From: a virus
Lineage: Duplodnaviria > Heunggongvirae > Uroviricota > Caudoviricetes
DNA: 64,000 nucleotides
IMG/VR virus record: IMGVR_UViG_3300037088_000797
Span: 1-64,000 of that record
Reading direction: 5' to 3' (one strand)
Made by a program: the position numbers and the translations under genes. The notes beneath the pieces were generated by a model. The model ran no database searches. It saw nothing but the letters and a program-made list of their open reading frames with translations, and was not told the DNA's origin. Positions 1-8,938 of the stretch are shown piece after piece; position 1 is the stretch's first letter; every line of letters starts with the position of its first letter.

Positions 1-82
1 GAGTTTACCTTCGTTATCCCATATCCTTAATGTTTTCTTGGTGACACCAAGAGTCAGAGATACTTGTTGTATGGATAATAAC

Positions 83-298
83 TTATTCATTTGACTGTTC
101 AAGTATCTTTAGCATCAGTTCTTTTGACGAATCCAGAATCTTCTGAAATTCTTCAACGCTGATATCTTCATCGACATCCAATTCGAAAGGTATTGGATAT
201 ACATCGCCATTATCAAGTTCGAACTCGTGTTTATCAACACGGACAACTTTTAATGTTTGGTTCTTCAAATTTTCCATAATTTTGTCAATCTTTTTCAT
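83..298 (-). CDS. hypothetical protein
   Basis: ORF 71 aa on dominant leftward strand; acidic small protein. Confidence 0.4.
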   Translation of the reverse strand: MKKIDKIMENLKNQTLKVVRVDKHEFELDNGDVYPIPFELDVDEDISVEEFQKILDSSKELMLKILEQSNE

Positions 299-390
299 AT
301 AAATAGTATATTTTTTGTAAAAGTACGAAAAATTTTGTTAATTATTATTAATTTTTGTATAATTTTGTGAAATATTATCGTAGCAGTTGA

Positions 391-696
391 TTAACCCTTT
401 GTCTCTTCAAATTCTTTGCGTGCCAAACCAAAATCAAAATATGGTGTCTTTAAAACAACAGTTCCGTGCCAGTTGACATTATTAGCTGTTGCAACCACAT
501 ACCAATATGTTGAATCCGTTACAATTTCTTTTGTTGCCCTGTCAACATATACGATCTGTGGAGTAGATGCAGGTGTAGTGGCTTCATATGAAGGTACTTT
601 CAGAAAATCATCAACTGGCTTTTCAACCTTCTTTTTATTTTCGCAAGCAACCAATACGATAATAAGTATACTAAAAAAAATTACAAAATTTTTCAT
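391..696 (-). CDS. putative lipoprotein
   Basis: N-terminal hydrophobic signal followed by lipobox-like LVAC (MKNFVIFFSILIIVLVAC). Confidence 0.5.
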   Translation of the reverse strand: MKNFVIFFSILIIVLVACENKKKVEKPVDDFLKVPSYEATTPASTPQIVYVDRATKEIVTDSTYWYVVATANNVNWHGTVVLKTPYFDFGLARKEFEETKG

Positions 697-1058
697 TACG
701 CTCCGTTTATTAATTCAAGTAAATGATCATATTCTTTTTTTGTACCAATAAAATTCATTGCAAGTGAATAAGGCAAATCCTTTTCAGTTTCATCACTAAC
801 GTCCCATTCTTCCCAGCCACTGAATACTATTAGTTGTCTGATTCCCTGTTTGCCACGATTAATTTCTATATATTTTTTCAAGAACTTAATCTGTGCTTCA
901 GAATCTTTAATACACCATTCAAAAGGGTCTTCTCTATCATAAGGAAACGTTTCTTTTATGTTCTCAATTTCCTCTTTATAGAGTTTAAGAAATCCGATAG
1001 AAAGAAAGTCTCTTATTTCTTTCTTATCGAGTCCATTGTGAATTTCACTGCTTTTCAT
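696..1058 (-). CDS. hypothetical protein
   Basis: 120 aa ORF, start overlaps upstream gene stop (coupled). Confidence 0.45.
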   Translation of the reverse strand: MKSSEIHNGLDKKEIRDFLSIGFLKLYKEEIENIKETFPYDREDPFEWCIKDSEAQIKFLKKYIEINRGKQGIRQLIVFSGWEEWDVSDETEKDLPYSLAMNFIGTKKEYDHLLELINGA

Positions 1059-1106
1059 ATTATTTGTAGTGTTTGTGTCAGGTTTAACCTGACGTGATTA
1101 CTATGA

Positions 1107-1577
1107 TTAGTCAAAATAATACATTGCTTCATAACCGTCAGCACTGTATGCCCTGCCTTTTGGCTTAACACCATGCTTCATTAAGAAGTTATTCTTAATC
1201 ATTTGAGTATCATCCCTGCCAGAAGACATCATTGCTTCCATCATACCAAATACACCCATACCCAAATCATATTCACCGTTTTCATCCTTTGGTACAGCAA
1301 CACCTGCAGCCTGATGTGTTTTATTTTTATACTTCCAGTTGTTACTGCAAAGCATATAAAGTTCTTGCAAAAATGTTGTAGCTGAAAGGACTTTAATATC
1401 CTTAACCATTTTTATAAAATTTTTGGCAGCATCAACACCAAATTCTTTCTTAATGCCGTTGTGAATACCTTCAAGCATTTCGCCATTAAGATCACCTATT
1501 TTTGCACCCCTGCCTGAATAAAATTCAGGACTGGTAACCATTTTATTAAGATGTAAAATGTTAAATAATTTATCCAT
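1107..1577 (-). CDS. hypothetical protein
   Basis: 156 aa ORF on dominant strand. Confidence 0.45.
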   Translation of the reverse strand: MDKLFNILHLNKMVTSPEFYSGRGAKIGDLNGEMLEGIHNGIKKEFGVDAAKNFIKMVKDIKVLSATTFLQELYMLCSNNWKYKNKTHQAAGVAVPKDENGEYDLGMGVFGMMEAMMSSGRDDTQMIKNNFLMKHGVKPKGRAYSADGYEAMYYFD

Positions 1578-1586
1578 GACTTTTAA

Positions 1587-1757
1587 TTAAAAAAGGTTAT
1601 CAATTTCTTTGATTTCTTTTTTGAGTTCGGCTTTACGCTTCTTCTTAAATTCTTCAAGCTGTTTCTTGCGAGTTGCTTCATCAGCTTTTACCAGATTATA
1701 ACCGCCACCTTCAATAATTTCGGTAGTCCATTCCCAAGGTTTGTGTATTATTTCCAT
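1587..1757 (-). CDS. small hypothetical protein (56 aa, charged/coiled)
   Basis: ATG at 1757, fills gap between annotated ORFs; below 60 aa track cutoff. Confidence 0.3.
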   Translation of the reverse strand: MEIIHKPWEWTTEIIEGGGYNLVKADEATRKKQLEEFKKKRKAELKKEIKEIDNLF

Positions 1758-1759
1758 AA

Positions 1760-1918
1760 TTAATTTTTATTAATATCAAAACTAATATCAAGTATCAATA
1801 ACAAAAGTATCCAAGCAAGTATGCCAGATACAGTACCATGTGACCATGCAATGACAAGCAGAATAAATGCTGCTATTCTCATTGGAGCAATTTTATAAGA
1901 AGTAAATCTCCAGTTCAT
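1760..1918 (-). CDS. small membrane protein (52 aa)
   Basis: ATG at 1918; hydrophobic core IAAFILLVIAW...ILAWILLLLIL; fills gap. Confidence 0.3.
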   Translation of the reverse strand: MNWRFTSYKIAPMRIAAFILLVIAWSHGTVSGILAWILLLLILDISFDINKN

Positions 1919-1920
1919 AA

Positions 1921-2130
1921 TTATCTTAATTTTAATTCTTCGTCAATAACATTAATATCATTTTGAGCACTTTTGATAACTTTCCAATTAGCTTCTCTGG
2001 CAATCCAACCACCTTGCATGTTTATTTTTGCATTAGCACTTGCAATAGCTTTAACTGCTCTTTGCCTGTAAAATAATAGTTCACTAACACTATATTTTTC
2101 TGCTGGTCTTTTTTTAGTTTGTGTTTCCAT
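1921..2130 (-). CDS. hypothetical protein
   Basis: 69 aa ORF. Confidence 0.35.
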   Translation of the reverse strand: METQTKKRPAEKYSVSELLFYRQRAVKAIASANAKINMQGGWIAREANWKVIKSAQNDINVIDEELKLR

Positions 2131-2134
2131 ATTT

Positions 2135-2368
2135 TTAATTTTCAGGTTGATTAAGCGAAGTCCAGTGAGTTACAGCAAAGCCACCTAAGTAACCTTCAAT
2201 AACCCAATGCTCTGATTGATGATAGTAATGTGCAAAGGCAAATCCACAGAAATTACCGTCTCTGTCAATGATTCTTGCAACAACACGGATAGAAACACCA
2301 TGTTTCAGATCATGAGGGTCTTCTTTATTAACTTCTGGTTTTGTAAGTACCATATTCCATTCGATCAT
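2135..2368 (-). CDS. hypothetical protein
   Basis: 77 aa ORF immediately downstream of promoter-like motif at 2399-2429. Confidence 0.45.
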   Translation of the reverse strand: MIEWNMVLTKPEVNKEDPHDLKHGVSIRVVARIIDRDGNFCGFAFAHYYHQSEHWVIEGYLGGFAVTHWTSLNQPEN

Positions 2369-2398
2369 CTTAGTAGATTTTAATTAATACTATTTGGC

Positions 2399-2429
2399 TT
2401 ATACGTAAACAAAATATAAAAGGTTACAA
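2399..2429 (-). promoter_or_regulatory. recurrent promoter-like motif TTGTAACC-N16-CGTATAA (gene-sense)
   Basis: plus strand shows cttatacg...ggttacaa with 16-nt spacer, upstream of gene 2135-2368. Confidence 0.5.
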
Positions 2430-2431
2430 TT

Positions 2432-2749
2432 TTATTTCTTTTCTTCGTAATTAAACCTAAACCAATCATCAAATGAATTGTTATTGGCACGTGCCTGTTC
2501 AAAAGCAGTTTTCAAATCTTCCTTCGTAAAAGTGTCATTCTTTGGCTTTAAGTGCTTCGCTTTTATGTTAACGTAACGTTTAGTTAATGGACGTAGCATC
2601 TTATCCAGTTTCTCGGCAAGACCCACAAATACAGTAGTACCTTCATTATTTACAGCAGAAATTCCTGTAAAAAATTCATCTGGTTCTAAATTGTCATCAA
2701 GTTCAATTAGAATCGGATTTAATTTCTTGATCTCTTCTTTCATTTTCAA
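2432..2749 (-). CDS. hypothetical protein
   Basis: 105 aa ORF. Confidence 0.4.
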   Translation of the reverse strand: MKMKEEIKKLNPILIELDDNLEPDEFFTGISAVNNEGTTVFVGLAEKLDKMLRPLTKRYVNIKAKHLKPKNDTFTKEDLKTAFEQARANNNSFDDWFRFNYEEKK

Positions 2750-3173
2750 GTATTTGATTAAATAATTCTTCTTCTGTCATTGGTATTTCATTGAGATATT
2801 CTTCTTCGGCACATTCTCTCTCCAAATCTTTCCATGATTCATCTTCTCTGCGCTGTTCAGCATCACGTTCTCTCATATCGTCTTCTTGTCTAAGCTGTTC
2901 AATATAACGTTCTTGTTCTTCTTCACGTTCAGCTTCTTCATGTTGTCTGCGCATATAACGTTCATGATCTTCTCTTTCTTGTCTTTCTTCATCTTCACGT
3001 GCTTCTTCACGTTTCTTTTCTTCTCTTGCTTCTTCTTCACGACCATCCCAATAAGCACGATCTTCACCATCATATGCGTATTTATCATGTTCATAGTCAC
3101 TACGATGATTTTTTTCATCGTTATGACCTTGCTTGTTGGCTTCGTCTTCTTCCCAAGAAAAGTAATGTCCCAT
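2703..3173 (-). CDS. highly charged Glu/Arg-rich protein
   Basis: 156 aa, long EEAREE/ERQERED low-complexity tract. Confidence 0.4.
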   Translation of the reverse strand: MGHYFSWEEDEANKQGHNDEKNHRSDYEHDKYAYDGEDRAYWDGREEEAREEKKREEAREDEERQEREDHERYMRRQHEEAEREEEQERYIEQLRQEDDMRERDAEQRREDESWKDLERECAEEEYLNEIPMTEEELFNQILENERRDQEIKSDSN

Positions 3174-3175
3174 GA

Positions 3176-3466
3176 TTATTCTGCTTTTATATAACGATGA
3201 CCATCAACGTAAACATTATGTTCACAATAAAAACCATCTTTATGCTCTGCACGAGTAAAATATTCACTCCACCAGTTTTCAAAGCGTTCTCTTAATTCAG
3301 TGCCGTCTATATTCAATTCATTAAAAACATCACCCAAATCTGTAAAAGAAAATTCATCTGGATTGTTTGTTTTTTTATTTATTTTATAAACAGCAAGTTT
3401 AAGTGAAGCACAATATGCTTTCCATGCCATTTCTTTAGCTGTTGTAGTTGCTGTAATTTTTACCAT
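3176..3466 (-). CDS. hypothetical protein
   Basis: 96 aa ORF. Confidence 0.4.
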   Translation of the reverse strand: MVKITATTTAKEMAWKAYCASLKLAVYKINKKTNNPDEFSFTDLGDVFNELNIDGTELRERFENWWSEYFTRAEHKDGFYCEHNVYVDGHRYIKAE

Positions 3467-3469
3467 AAT

Positions 3470-3709
3470 TTAAATATAATTTACCCAAAAATACCATAAC
3501 CAATAAATATGATCATGAAACCATCCTTCAATTTTAAGTTTATGATCGTTTTGCCAATTGCCAGTATTACACATGTCACAGTTATTATCGTGAACACCAT
3601 GTCTGCTGCAGATAGAATACCAAGTTTCTTTCTTAAGTCCTTTGCCTCTGACAGTTTCAGTACCTTCAAATTTAACGAACGCCATGCGTTTACTTTGTGC
3701 TCGGTTCAT
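3470..3709 (-). CDS. hypothetical Cys/His-rich protein
   Basis: 79 aa; CSRHGVHDNNCDMCNTGNW cluster suggests metal binding; alternative overlapping frame 3481-3669 is hydrophobic. Confidence 0.35.
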   Translation of the reverse strand: MNRAQSKRMAFVKFEGTETVRGKGLKKETWYSICSRHGVHDNNCDMCNTGNWQNDHKLKIEGWFHDHIYWLWYFWVNYI

Positions 3710-3968
3710 ATGTTTCAGTTATTTTCTTTGTGTTTAAGTCAATAAAGATACAACTATCAAATTCCATATCGCCCCCTCCAAATTCATAGTTTATTCTAAT
3801 ATAATTTTCATCAAACACCTGAAAATTTTTATATCCTCTCCAAGTACCTTCTTGTTTTGGATTATCATCACAATATTTATTAAATGCAGTACGTGCAAAC
3901 GTATCTACATTGTTGTAATGCTCTTTATTCGCAATTACTGCCTTTACCGAATCTTTAATTATTGACAT
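3690..3968 (-). CDS. hypothetical protein
   Basis: ORF 3690-4046 in track; internal ATG at 3968 avoids 62-nt overlap with def gene. Confidence 0.4.
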   Translation of the reverse strand: MSIIKDSVKAVIANKEHYNNVDTFARTAFNKYCDDNPKQEGTWRGYKNFQVFDENYIRINYEFGGGDMEFDSCIFIDLNTKKITETYEPSTK

Positions 3969-3984
3969 GTGCCAAAGATATAAA

Positions 3985-4563
3985 TTATAAATATAATAAA
4001 CAACACTGTTTGTATTTTTTTCCTGAACCACAGGGACATTTATCATTTCTCTGTATGTCTAATGATTTTGGTTGTACAAAATCAATTTCTTCAATACGTT
4101 CTTCAACACCATTAAGATGATTGATTTCATGTTGCCAGACTTGTCCTTCAAAGCCATAATGTAATTCATGGTTAATGCTTTGACCGATTTCATCAAAGTA
4201 ACTAACTCTCACTGCACGACTACGTTCAGCAACAATTCTTCTGCCTCTCCATGTAAGACAACCTTCAACCTTGATTTCTTTCATACCAATGTATTCAATG
4301 ATACGTGGGTCAATGATCAATCGCCAATTTGCCTGTGGATTACCATTATTGTTTATTTCTCTTAAGGCAAATACTCTTGCCATGAATCTTTCACCATCAA
4401 GGTTACACTGATTAGCTGCCAGACCTACTGCATCAAATCTTTCGTATGCATAATTTTTGAACTCTTGAAGTTTCTTTATGTTTTGAATAAAAAACAATTC
4501 AATGTCTTCAATCTCTGGGACTTTTGGTGTCTGTTGGTTTGGTATTACTGCAAATTCGCTCAT
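3985..4563 (-). CDS. def: peptide deformylase with C-terminal SEC-C metal-binding motif
   Basis: All three PDF motifs readable: GLAANQ (motif 1), EGCLTWRG (EGCLS motif 2), QHEINHLNG (HExxH motif 3); C-terminus CPCGSGKKYKQCC matches SecA-type SEC-C zinc motif. Confidence 0.8.
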   Translation of the reverse strand: MSEFAVIPNQQTPKVPEIEDIELFFIQNIKKLQEFKNYAYERFDAVGLAANQCNLDGERFMARVFALREINNNGNPQANWRLIIDPRIIEYIGMKEIKVEGCLTWRGRRIVAERSRAVRVSYFDEIGQSINHELHYGFEGQVWQHEINHLNGVEERIEEIDFVQPKSLDIQRNDKCPCGSGKKYKQCCLLYL

Positions 4564-4955
4564 TTCTTCTCAATTTTTATTAATTTAAGTCCTTCAACAA
4601 GACCCATTTCCAGTGCTTTTTCATGTGAATTAACGTGATAAAATCTTGTATATTCTTCCCATCTGGGAGAATTATTTTCGCCTTTGTAATATACAACAAA
4701 ATGACAATTATACAAATTTTGAATGCAATCATACATCGGTTCAACGTGAATTTTATGAATTTCTCTCAGCCACATTTGCAACAATGCCTGATCTGGTGCT
4801 GAAAACTGATCTTTAGTATTCGTGTGATTATAATTATCTACATGATGTAATCCGATATAATCATCGTATATACCCCAAAGATGTTCAGCACCATTATTAA
4901 ATCCTTTGTCTTTAGCTAAGACTGCTGTTTCTTCTCGAATTGGTTCTTCTCTCAT
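4560..4955 (-). CDS. hypothetical protein
   Basis: 131 aa; 4-nt start/stop overlaps with both neighbours (operon member). Confidence 0.45.
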   Translation of the reverse strand: MREEPIREETAVLAKDKGFNNGAEHLWGIYDDYIGLHHVDNYNHTNTKDQFSAPDQALLQMWLREIHKIHVEPMYDCIQNLYNCHFVVYYKGENNSPRWEEYTRFYHVNSHEKALEMGLVEGLKLIKIEKK

Positions 4956-5776
4956 ACTGTTTGTTTTTTACGTTCAATGTGACTATGTTCGTGGCTTCTT
5001 ATACAAGTTGCACAACTTGAAATAAATACGCCATAAAATATCTTATTAAATTCTTTAAATCTTGCAGGAAAACCACCATCAATATATTCATCAACGTCAG
5101 CATAATTCCATATGCCAAAGCCACATTTGAATATGTCACCAACTTCATCAATAAGAAATGAATACTGGTTCTTTGGATTATGACAATAGCAACCCATCAT
5201 AGAGTATAAACCATATGAATACATTGATCTGCCAATAGGTACTACACTAAAATCACTTTCTTCAAGATCAGAAGTCTTGGTAAGTACTTTATTTTTTTTC
5301 AGTAATTTTGATGCTTTTTCAATATTTTCATTGGTGTGCCACTGATCTTTAGATACCATAACATAGCAATTATCATATTTGCTAACGTGTTTTGCAAATT
5401 CAGGCATATCAACTGCCCAATCACCATTTGTGACCATTCTTGCAATCTTCACTGAAGGCACAAGTATATCAAGTATTTCACGCCAGTCTGGATTGCAATA
5501 CATTTCACCACCCATAAGATTGATCTGGTGAACTTCGTTATTAATTAAAAACTGTGCGATTTTCTTTGCTGTTTCGATAGTCATATGAGTTTCTTTTTTG
5601 GGAGAGCATGAATAACAGCAATGTGAACAGGATTGAGTGCATTTTAATGTGATACGTATGGTTGCATGAAGTTTGCGGGGACACTCTTTCCGTACAGCGC
5701 AAGTTTCGCAATTACAAGTACCTACGCCATTTTTGGCTTTGCATTCTTTCTCCAGACAGATATCACAAGGTTTCAT
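4952..5776 (-). CDS. radical SAM enzyme with extra N- and C-terminal Cys clusters
   Basis: CTQSCSHC = CxxxCxxC radical SAM cluster motif, MGGEM (GGE motif); N-terminal CDICLEKECKAKNGVGTCNCETC and C-terminal CYCH...CGFG...SSCATC cysteine clusters (possible auxiliary Fe-S / SPASM-twitch-like). Confidence 0.7.
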   Translation of the reverse strand: MKPCDICLEKECKAKNGVGTCNCETCAVRKECPRKLHATIRITLKCTQSCSHCCYSCSPKKETHMTIETAKKIAQFLINNEVHQINLMGGEMYCNPDWREILDILVPSVKIARMVTNGDWAVDMPEFAKHVSKYDNCYVMVSKDQWHTNENIEKASKLLKKNKVLTKTSDLEESDFSVVPIGRSMYSYGLYSMMGCYCHNPKNQYSFLIDEVGDIFKCGFGIWNYADVDEYIDGGFPARFKEFNKIFYGVFISSCATCIRSHEHSHIERKKQTV

Positions 5777-5970
5777 TATCGTAATTTCATATGATGAATA
5801 AACTCAAAATTCTTGTCGTTAATACACTCATAACAAATGAGTTTCCATTCAGGATGTTCTTTGAAATGTTCTTCAATGGTGTGTTGATCGAACACTCTTT
5901 TGTGTTCTTCTTCACTCCAAGAGTTACTGAATTTTCCTGTTTCGATATTAAGCCAACAATATTTTTTCAT
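5776..5970 (-). CDS. small CxxC protein, first gene of rSAM-def operon
   Basis: 64 aa, ICYEC motif, ATGA overlap with rSAM gene; preceded by promoter-like motif 5997-6026. Confidence 0.4.
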   Translation of the reverse strand: MKKYCWLNIETGKFSNSWSEEEHKRVFDQHTIEEHFKEHPEWKLICYECINDKNFEFIHHMKLR

Positions 5971-5996
5971 AGAGTAATAATTCTACATTATTATCA

Positions 5997-6026
5997 TTAT
6001 ACGATGTTTTTGTGAAAAGGTTACAC
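5997..6026 (-). promoter_or_regulatory. recurrent promoter-like motif (variant GTGTAACC)
   Basis: ttatacg 5997-6003, ggttacac 6019-6026; upstream of rSAM operon. Confidence 0.45.
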
Positions 6027-6416
6027 TTTTTATAGAAAAAAACTAAGTCACTTAGTAATACGTTTATATAGTCAAAGATAAAGTCCAAGGTAAGGGCAAA
6101 GACCTTTCTCTACACAAAGGCAAAGACAAAAACCAAGTCTTGTTTTTTCCTTCCTCCCGAATAATTATCCCAATCACAATAAGTGAAAGGGTAACTTATT
6201 CTGGCAGTCATGGTCTTTTTTACGAAAAGCCATAAAAAACATTTGGTTTCGTAGAGAAAGCGGTTTTTCCTTTAACGGAGTTATGCGTCCCGGGGGACAC
6301 ATGACTAACTGTCATTTAGATCAATATCTAATTTTATATGTAAGAACGTAGTACTAAGCATAAAAAAGGGTAAACTCGGCTCTTGCTCTATCTACCCTTT
6401 ACCTTAGTTCTTTATT

Positions 6417-7352
6417 TTAGTCCTGAGACTCAGGAAGTTTTTTAATGAATGTGTCAACGACACCTTTGAAACGTGCATCAACCAAGATACGCATTCCTGC
6501 AAGTTCTTTGATTGTTGCCTGACGAGTTTTTTCATACTCATTTTTGATACCCTGAACCTGCTCAGATGCTTTTTTATACTCCATTTCATAAGTAAGGCGA
6601 AGGTCAGAGTTTGTTTTTTCATCCAATGTCTGAGCATCAGCATTGACTTTTGCAATACGTGCGTTCTCTTCTGTGGTCAGGTTTTTCACCTTTGCTTTGA
6701 AGTAATTAACACGCTGTTCGTATCCACGATGAAGTTCAGCAAGTGTTTCATGAAGGGTAAGGAGTTCTTCTGGTGTGTGATGCTTGGTAATTGTAACAGG
6801 TACTTTCTTGTCCTTTTCAATTTCAAACCATTCAACAGCAGGGATTTGTGGCAGTTCGTTTCTCAGACCTGCAAGAATTGAATCCTTGTGAATGAATTCA
6901 CCAATATGTGATGCATATGCTTCGGCTTCGAAATATTCGTTATTTTCAGCAGCAGTAAGTTGTGACCAACCAAACTCTTCCTCAACATTTAATAATACAG
7001 GAGATTTGATATAATCAGGGGTCTTTGGAAATTTAACTGCTGATACGTCAGCAACACCCTTTTTTGTAAGTTGAATTCCGTCAGCTTTTGCCTTGATGTT
7101 CTCCATCAAGAATGCCTGACAAGCATGAAGACTTGCTTTTTCTTTAATCAAGTCAACAACATCGGCAGGTAACTTAACACCTATTTCAACAACAAGAGGT
7201 TCTGTTTCACCAGCAACCTTTACAGTTTTGCTGTAGTTGTTTACTGTTAAAAGTTTTCTTGCAATTTCGAGTGCTCTTTGATGGCAAAGATTAGATACTG
7301 ATTGTGCTTGTGAAAGGCTTAAGCCAGTTGCGGAGAGTGAATTTTTTTTCAT
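6417..7352 (-). CDS. hypothetical protein
   Basis: 311 aa ORF; followed (leftward) by weak hairpin AAGGGTA..TACCCTT + T-run at 6366-6400. Confidence 0.5.
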   Translation of the reverse strand: MKKNSLSATGLSLSQAQSVSNLCHQRALEIARKLLTVNNYSKTVKVAGETEPLVVEIGVKLPADVVDLIKEKASLHACQAFLMENIKAKADGIQLTKKGVADVSAVKFPKTPDYIKSPVLLNVEEEFGWSQLTAAENNEYFEAEAYASHIGEFIHKDSILAGLRNELPQIPAVEWFEIEKDKKVPVTITKHHTPEELLTLHETLAELHRGYEQRVNYFKAKVKNLTTEENARIAKVNADAQTLDEKTNSDLRLTYEMEYKKASEQVQGIKNEYEKTRQATIKELAGMRILVDARFKGVVDTFIKKLPESQD

Positions 7353-7453
7353 GATATTTTCAGTTATTAGGTTTTACAATTATTAATTAGACGACAAAGA
7401 TATATCAGTTTTTTGAATTTCCAAATGTTTTTTAAAAATAATTTAAAATATTT

Positions 7454-7660
7454 TTAATCTTCAATTTCTTCGGGTGCATGAAAATCTCCATCGGCATCAC
7501 AATTTACTGGATACCCATGTTTCATAATGCTAAAATGTCTCAGAGTTCTCTGGTATGTATTATAAAAAAATACATAAGTATACTTGCACACGATTCCCAA
7601 TAAAATTGAAAATCCTAACCAGTGCCAAAAACTACTAAAAATAAATTCGAGTACTTTCAT
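7454..7660 (-). CDS. small membrane protein
   Basis: 68 aa with hydrophobic segment SFWHWLGFSILLGIV. Confidence 0.3.
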   Translation of the reverse strand: MKVLEFIFSSFWHWLGFSILLGIVCKYTYVFFYNTYQRTLRHFSIMKHGYPVNCDADGDFHAPEEIED

Positions 7661-7677
7661 AATGTTTTTAATTAAAA

Positions 7678-8022
7678 TTAACGTTTACCTTTTACTTTAA
7701 ATTCCCAATAGGGTTCGAAGTCTGAATCACCATAACAAGGAGATTCATAATGAACATACCATCCTTCTTTACGATAGAAGTGTTCAAAATCCAGTGCATG
7801 ATCATCGTATAATTTATCACGATTAGCACGATCATTTCTTTCACCAGTTATTTTGAAATATCTGTTTAATAAGTCTTCTTTTCTTACAGTTGCTGAACTA
7901 CCATCCCAATTTTTTGCAATCATTTCATTTACTGCTTGAAACATTGCATCTGGAATTGTTTCAACTTTTAACGTTAAAACTTCATTTGGTTTGATTGGTT
8001 TAATGTTTCCCATTTTTAACAA
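7678..8022 (-). CDS. hypothetical protein
   Basis: 114 aa ORF. Confidence 0.45.
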   Translation of the reverse strand: MLKMGNIKPIKPNEVLTLKVETIPDAMFQAVNEMIAKNWDGSSATVRKEDLLNRYFKITGERNDRANRDKLYDDHALDFEHFYRKEGWYVHYESPCYGDSDFEPYWEFKVKGKR

Positions 8023-8180
8023 TATTTATAATACCATTCTTTTGGATGAAAATTCAATAACTCTGGATGTTCTGTCAAAAATTTATCAATAATTGGTTTT
8101 GCTTCTTCATCATTCATATGAAAAGTTGAACAATTGATTGTTTCCATTAGTTCACAAAATTCTTGATCTTCTGCTTCCAT
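8016..8180 (-). CDS. small hypothetical protein (54 aa)
   Basis: ATG at 8180 overlapping stop of upstream gene (TAATG), fills gap. Confidence 0.3.
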   Translation of the reverse strand: MEAEDQEFCELMETINCSTFHMNDEEAKPIIDKFLTEHPELLNFHPKEWYYKYC

Positions 8181-8617
8181 TATAAAAGTATCTCCATTGC
8201 TTCTTTAATTGCTTCACTCAAATCCCAATAATCATCATATGTCATATCCAATTTACCGTTCATTGATATCCTGATATTCTGGTGACGTTTCATCCATTCA
8301 GTTCTTTCATGAGCATATTTTCCATGCGCACAGACATTATTATAATCACTTGGATATTTGGGATGTTTTGGCTGGTATGCTTTTTTATAAACCACAACAA
8401 GCAACTGTACGCCTTCAAGGGTTTTTCTGATTTCGATACGTTCGTCATCACCTTTAATGTGTTTTGCTTTCCATAACTCCATATCTTTCTTGTCCATATT
8501 CGGGACATAAGTACCTGCAATACCAGAATCACTCTGATAAATTGCATTATGCTTTTCGGCACTACGAAATTTCTTTGGTGTTTCGAAAGATAATACGTTA
8601 CTGTTTGCTGGTTTCAT
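8180..8617 (-). CDS. hypothetical protein
   Basis: 145 aa; promoter-like motif 8646-8675 just upstream. Confidence 0.45.
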   Translation of the reverse strand: MKPANSNVLSFETPKKFRSAEKHNAIYQSDSGIAGTYVPNMDKKDMELWKAKHIKGDDERIEIRKTLEGVQLLVVVYKKAYQPKHPKYPSDYNNVCAHGKYAHERTEWMKRHQNIRISMNGKLDMTYDDYWDLSEAIKEAMEILL

Positions 8618-8645
8618 AGTTGTTCATTAAGTTAAACACATGTAA

Positions 8646-8675
8646 TTATACGGATAATAAATGAATTAGTTACAA
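8646..8675 (-). promoter_or_regulatory. recurrent promoter-like motif (variant TTGTAACT)
   Basis: ttatacg 8646-8652, agttacaa 8668-8675. Confidence 0.45.
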
Positions 8676-8678
8676 ATT

Positions 8679-8867
8679 TTACTCAGTATTTTTATTTTTT
8701 TTATCATTTTTTACGACCAGTGAAACAGTCCAAGTGAATAAGAACCCAAAAATTGCGACACATAAGAACCCCCAATAAGTTTCTTCTGGTTTAACAGATA
8801 TTTTCCACGCAGCATATGCATATACAATAAGATACAGGACATATATGATGGTGTTGACAAACTTCAT
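8679..8867 (-). CDS. small membrane protein
   Basis: 62 aa, two hydrophobic segments. Confidence 0.35.
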   Translation of the reverse strand: MKFVNTIIYVLYLIVYAYAAWKISVKPEETYWGFLCVAIFGFLFTWTVSLVVKNDKKNKNTE

Positions 8868-8938
8868 CCATATTAGGTGTTATATATACAATTATTTTAC
8901 ATTCCTCTGTGTTCTAATTATTAGTAAATACTTCACAA

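Noticed and set aside
2886-3194. Plus-strand ORFs antisense to minus-strand genes (416-751, 834-1097, 2886-3194, 27791-28228, 35620-36057, 53558-53827, for example)
   Set aside because: They are mirror images of AT-rich coding strands (Phe/Ile/Leu-rich translations), overlap better-supported genes entirely and have no start context; treated as artefacts.
6404-6655. 83-aa ORF overlapping the 3' end of gene 6417-7352 in another frame
   Set aside because: Fully nested within a longer, better ORF on the same strand; basic low-complexity translation.
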